NCBI RefSeq assembly: GCF_016433145.1
Contig: NC_058131.1
Span: 27,708,992 to 27,772,991, forward strand
Source: Gracilinanus agilis
Lineage: Eukaryota
Reading direction: 5' to 3'
Length of the DNA stretch: 64,000 nucleotides
How positions within the stretch are numbered: the stretch's first letter is position 1; the number at the start of each line of letters is the position of its first letter. The notes beneath the pieces were generated by a model, which saw nothing but the letters and a program-made list of their open reading frames with translations, ran no database searches and was not told where the DNA came from. Of the stretch, positions 62,059 to 64,000 are shown in pieces. The position numbers were made by a program, and so were the translations under genes.

Positions 62059-62491
62059 ACCAGCAGGACTGTGTATGTTGGGAGCATGCATGTGATAATA
62101 TGATGTGGGGTATCATGGTTAAAGTAAACAGAAAGAGATGCTCTGCCCCATGGGGAAATGTGAATGTGACCCTGGATCATCCCTGGCATGATGTCTTCTT
62201 TGTTCTGATTCCACATAATATCTGGTCTAACCTGGAGTTCATGTAGGATCCAACGTTTGCCCTCCTACAACACAGAACCTCCTCATGAATAAGCTTTCCC
62301 TAATAAAATCTATTTGATTCTGATGCGGAACAGGCCCCTTTTTCTTTGGCATCACAATAACTTCTCATGAAGATGGGAGGGTCCCTCAGGATAGGTATAA
62401 TCAAACAGAACCACCCAAAACTCATTGTAGACTTCTCCCACTCACCATCATTTTTTCAGGGATCATTCTTGATGGATCCTCAATGAAATAA
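62059..62491 (+). CDS. Gene C candidate cytoplasmic/terminal exon(s); structure unresolved
   Basis: Acceptor atttccag|AC at 62059 either stays open to TAG 62244-62246 (AATAAA at 62302-62307), or ends after 33 nt at a weak gtgata donor and splices to a strong acceptor ttttttcag|GG at 62460 (stop TAA 62489-62491). Confidence 0.3.
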
Positions 62492-62544
62492 TCAAGGGTT
62501 CATTTTAGTACCTTGAGATGTCCTTAATCCAAGACTGGAGATTT

Positions 62545-63620
62545 GAGTTTATTGAGGATACCTGTTATCATGAAATAAGGTAAATAATCTGAGCAGGTCA
62601 AAGAAACGCAGTTTGGGTCAAAGGAATGATAAAGCGGATATTAGGGGATTATAAAGTGATTGGGGGAGGAACGAAGGAATGGGAAGGTATTTAGGAGATA
62701 AAGGAAATGGGGTATGTAGGAGAGGCAGCTCAAACAGGTTTATTCCCAGAGGCTTGAGACAGGATACAGGGAGGAAACCAGGGCCAGCAAGAAATGTTAG
62801 GTTTGGCTGGAGAGTTTCTCTTGTTAGTTTCAAAGTCTCTTTTGGGAGGGGTCGAGGAGGCTCCTCCCTGCCAGTCAAACTGATGCTGGAGGAAGTCTGG
62901 GGGAGGTACTTCCTGCCAAGATGAATGCCCGAGTTTTCTTAAGAAATAAAAGAAAAATGATCCCTTCCCCTTGAGCCCTTGTCTTAATTTTGGACACAAT
63001 GACTCACCTCAGGGTTTGAACAGGTAACAAGGGGATTTATTCATACCAGGGTCAGTCAGGAGGGGGGAGGGGTTCAGGGTTTTCTAACTGCTGCTAGGGA
63101 GAAGGTGAGGGTGGGGGATGGGTCGTGGAGAGGTTAGACAGAGAGTCCGGCTCTCCCAGTCAGGAAGATTTGACTGCCTTTTAAGTAAGTCTTTATCAAA
63201 CTTAGGGGTAACTTATTTGAGGATACTCCAATTATGTAAAAAAAAAAAACTAAAATCACTATGTTCAATCACCAAGCCCTCCCTTCCAACCAGAACCCAA
63301 AGGAAAATCAGGGAAGGGGAGGGATGGAGATGGGAGATCAGGGAGAGGTCCAGAGAAATGAGATAGGTCCAAATTTCCCCAAAACAAAATAAGCACAGGC
63401 CAAAGCCGAAGCAATTAGGCCAAAGCCGAAAGGCCAAAGCAAAAGCCTCCAGCCACAGCGAAAGCCAGAAGGCAAAAGCCCCGTCCGTCCGTCCGTTGGA
63501 ACTTCACCTCTATTTATAGCTTTAAGTTCTGACTTTCTGAACATTCTAAGATGTTTAACTGACTTTTTTTGACTGTTAGAAATTACAGAAGCAAAAAGTT
63601 TCTGTTAGCCACCTTGCATT
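62545..63620 (-). mobile_element. LTR element antisense to the gene C 3' end (outer boundary uncertain, may extend further right)
   Basis: Minus strand has TATAAATA near 63510-63517, AATAAA near 63040 and a terminal ...gataACA at about 62545; GC-rich U3/R-like repeats (ggccaaagc, ccgt). Confidence 0.55.
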
Positions 63621-64000
63621 ACATACCTGAAATGTCTCTAGTCAACTTGTCAGTTTCTTTTTTTTTTTAAATGTTTAGGTTTTATTTAAAAATCTCAGTG
63701 TTCATTATCATAGTTAAAAGATTGCATACCATTAGATATGCTGTAACCAAAGGAAATTCTCATTAAGGAAAGATGGATTTACTATAATCTGATCTTTTAT
63801 AAAAAGTAACTGCAAGTTATTGATAACAAAATTTCTTTTTTACTTTCTTAAGTCTAATTCTCTCAAATATTAAACCTTGTTTCTACTCCCCTCTATCTAA
63901 AGTTCAACCATGGTCACATTAGGAAATATCTCTGTTCATTTGTTAATCAGAAATACAATTCGAGTGGCATTTATTTCCATCTGCTTCTTCAGCTGGGTTT

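Noticed and set aside
1-64000. CRISPR arrays, rRNA/tRNA genes, prokaryotic operons
   Set aside because: None present. The recurrent 200-bp repeats are tRNA-derived SINEs, and the DNA is intron-containing mammalian sequence.

Overview
Eukaryotic, repeat-rich genomic DNA. It is almost certainly didelphid marsupial, probably the opossum Monodelphis domestica, judged from many young SINE1_Mdo-type SINEs, MAR1 CORE-SINEs, marsupial L1 3' ends and a Charlie/OC1-like MITE. The window holds three spliced, apparently intact, highly diverged non-classical MHC class I-like genes. Gene A is on the minus strand: leader 11342-11426, alpha1 4443-4703, alpha2 3352-3618, and an alpha3 exon from 195 that runs off the window and is missed by the ORF track. 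Gene B is on the minus strand: leader 42062-42155, alpha1 34869-35129, alpha2 33559-33825, alpha3 30296-30574, TM 30002-30118, and a 33-nt cytoplasmic exon 28221-28253. Gene C is on the plus strand: leader 56080-56194, alpha1 57626-57889, alpha2 58733-58999, alpha3 60025-60303, TM 60426-60542. All junctions among the leader, alpha1-3 and TM exons, and into the gene B 33-nt exon, are GT-AG, phase 1 and frame-preserving. A tandem, divergent marsupial class I cluster lacking peptide-anchor residues best fits the marsupial/monotreme UT family; this is inference, and the paralog numbers cannot be assigned here. Most notable observations: (1) an ungapped 27-nt IRF/ETS + RUNX promoter module about 190-250 nt upstream of all three start codons; (2) loss of the peptide-terminus anchors but an invariant His70/Trp152/Arg156/Tyr159 groove set, with silent-only divergence; (3) twin N-glycosylation sequons across the alpha1/alpha2 junction; (4) several unusual retroelement insertion structures. 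Nearly all other ORFs in the track are repeat-derived or spurious. Residue numbers are HLA-A2-style positions from manual anchoring, not a computed alignment.
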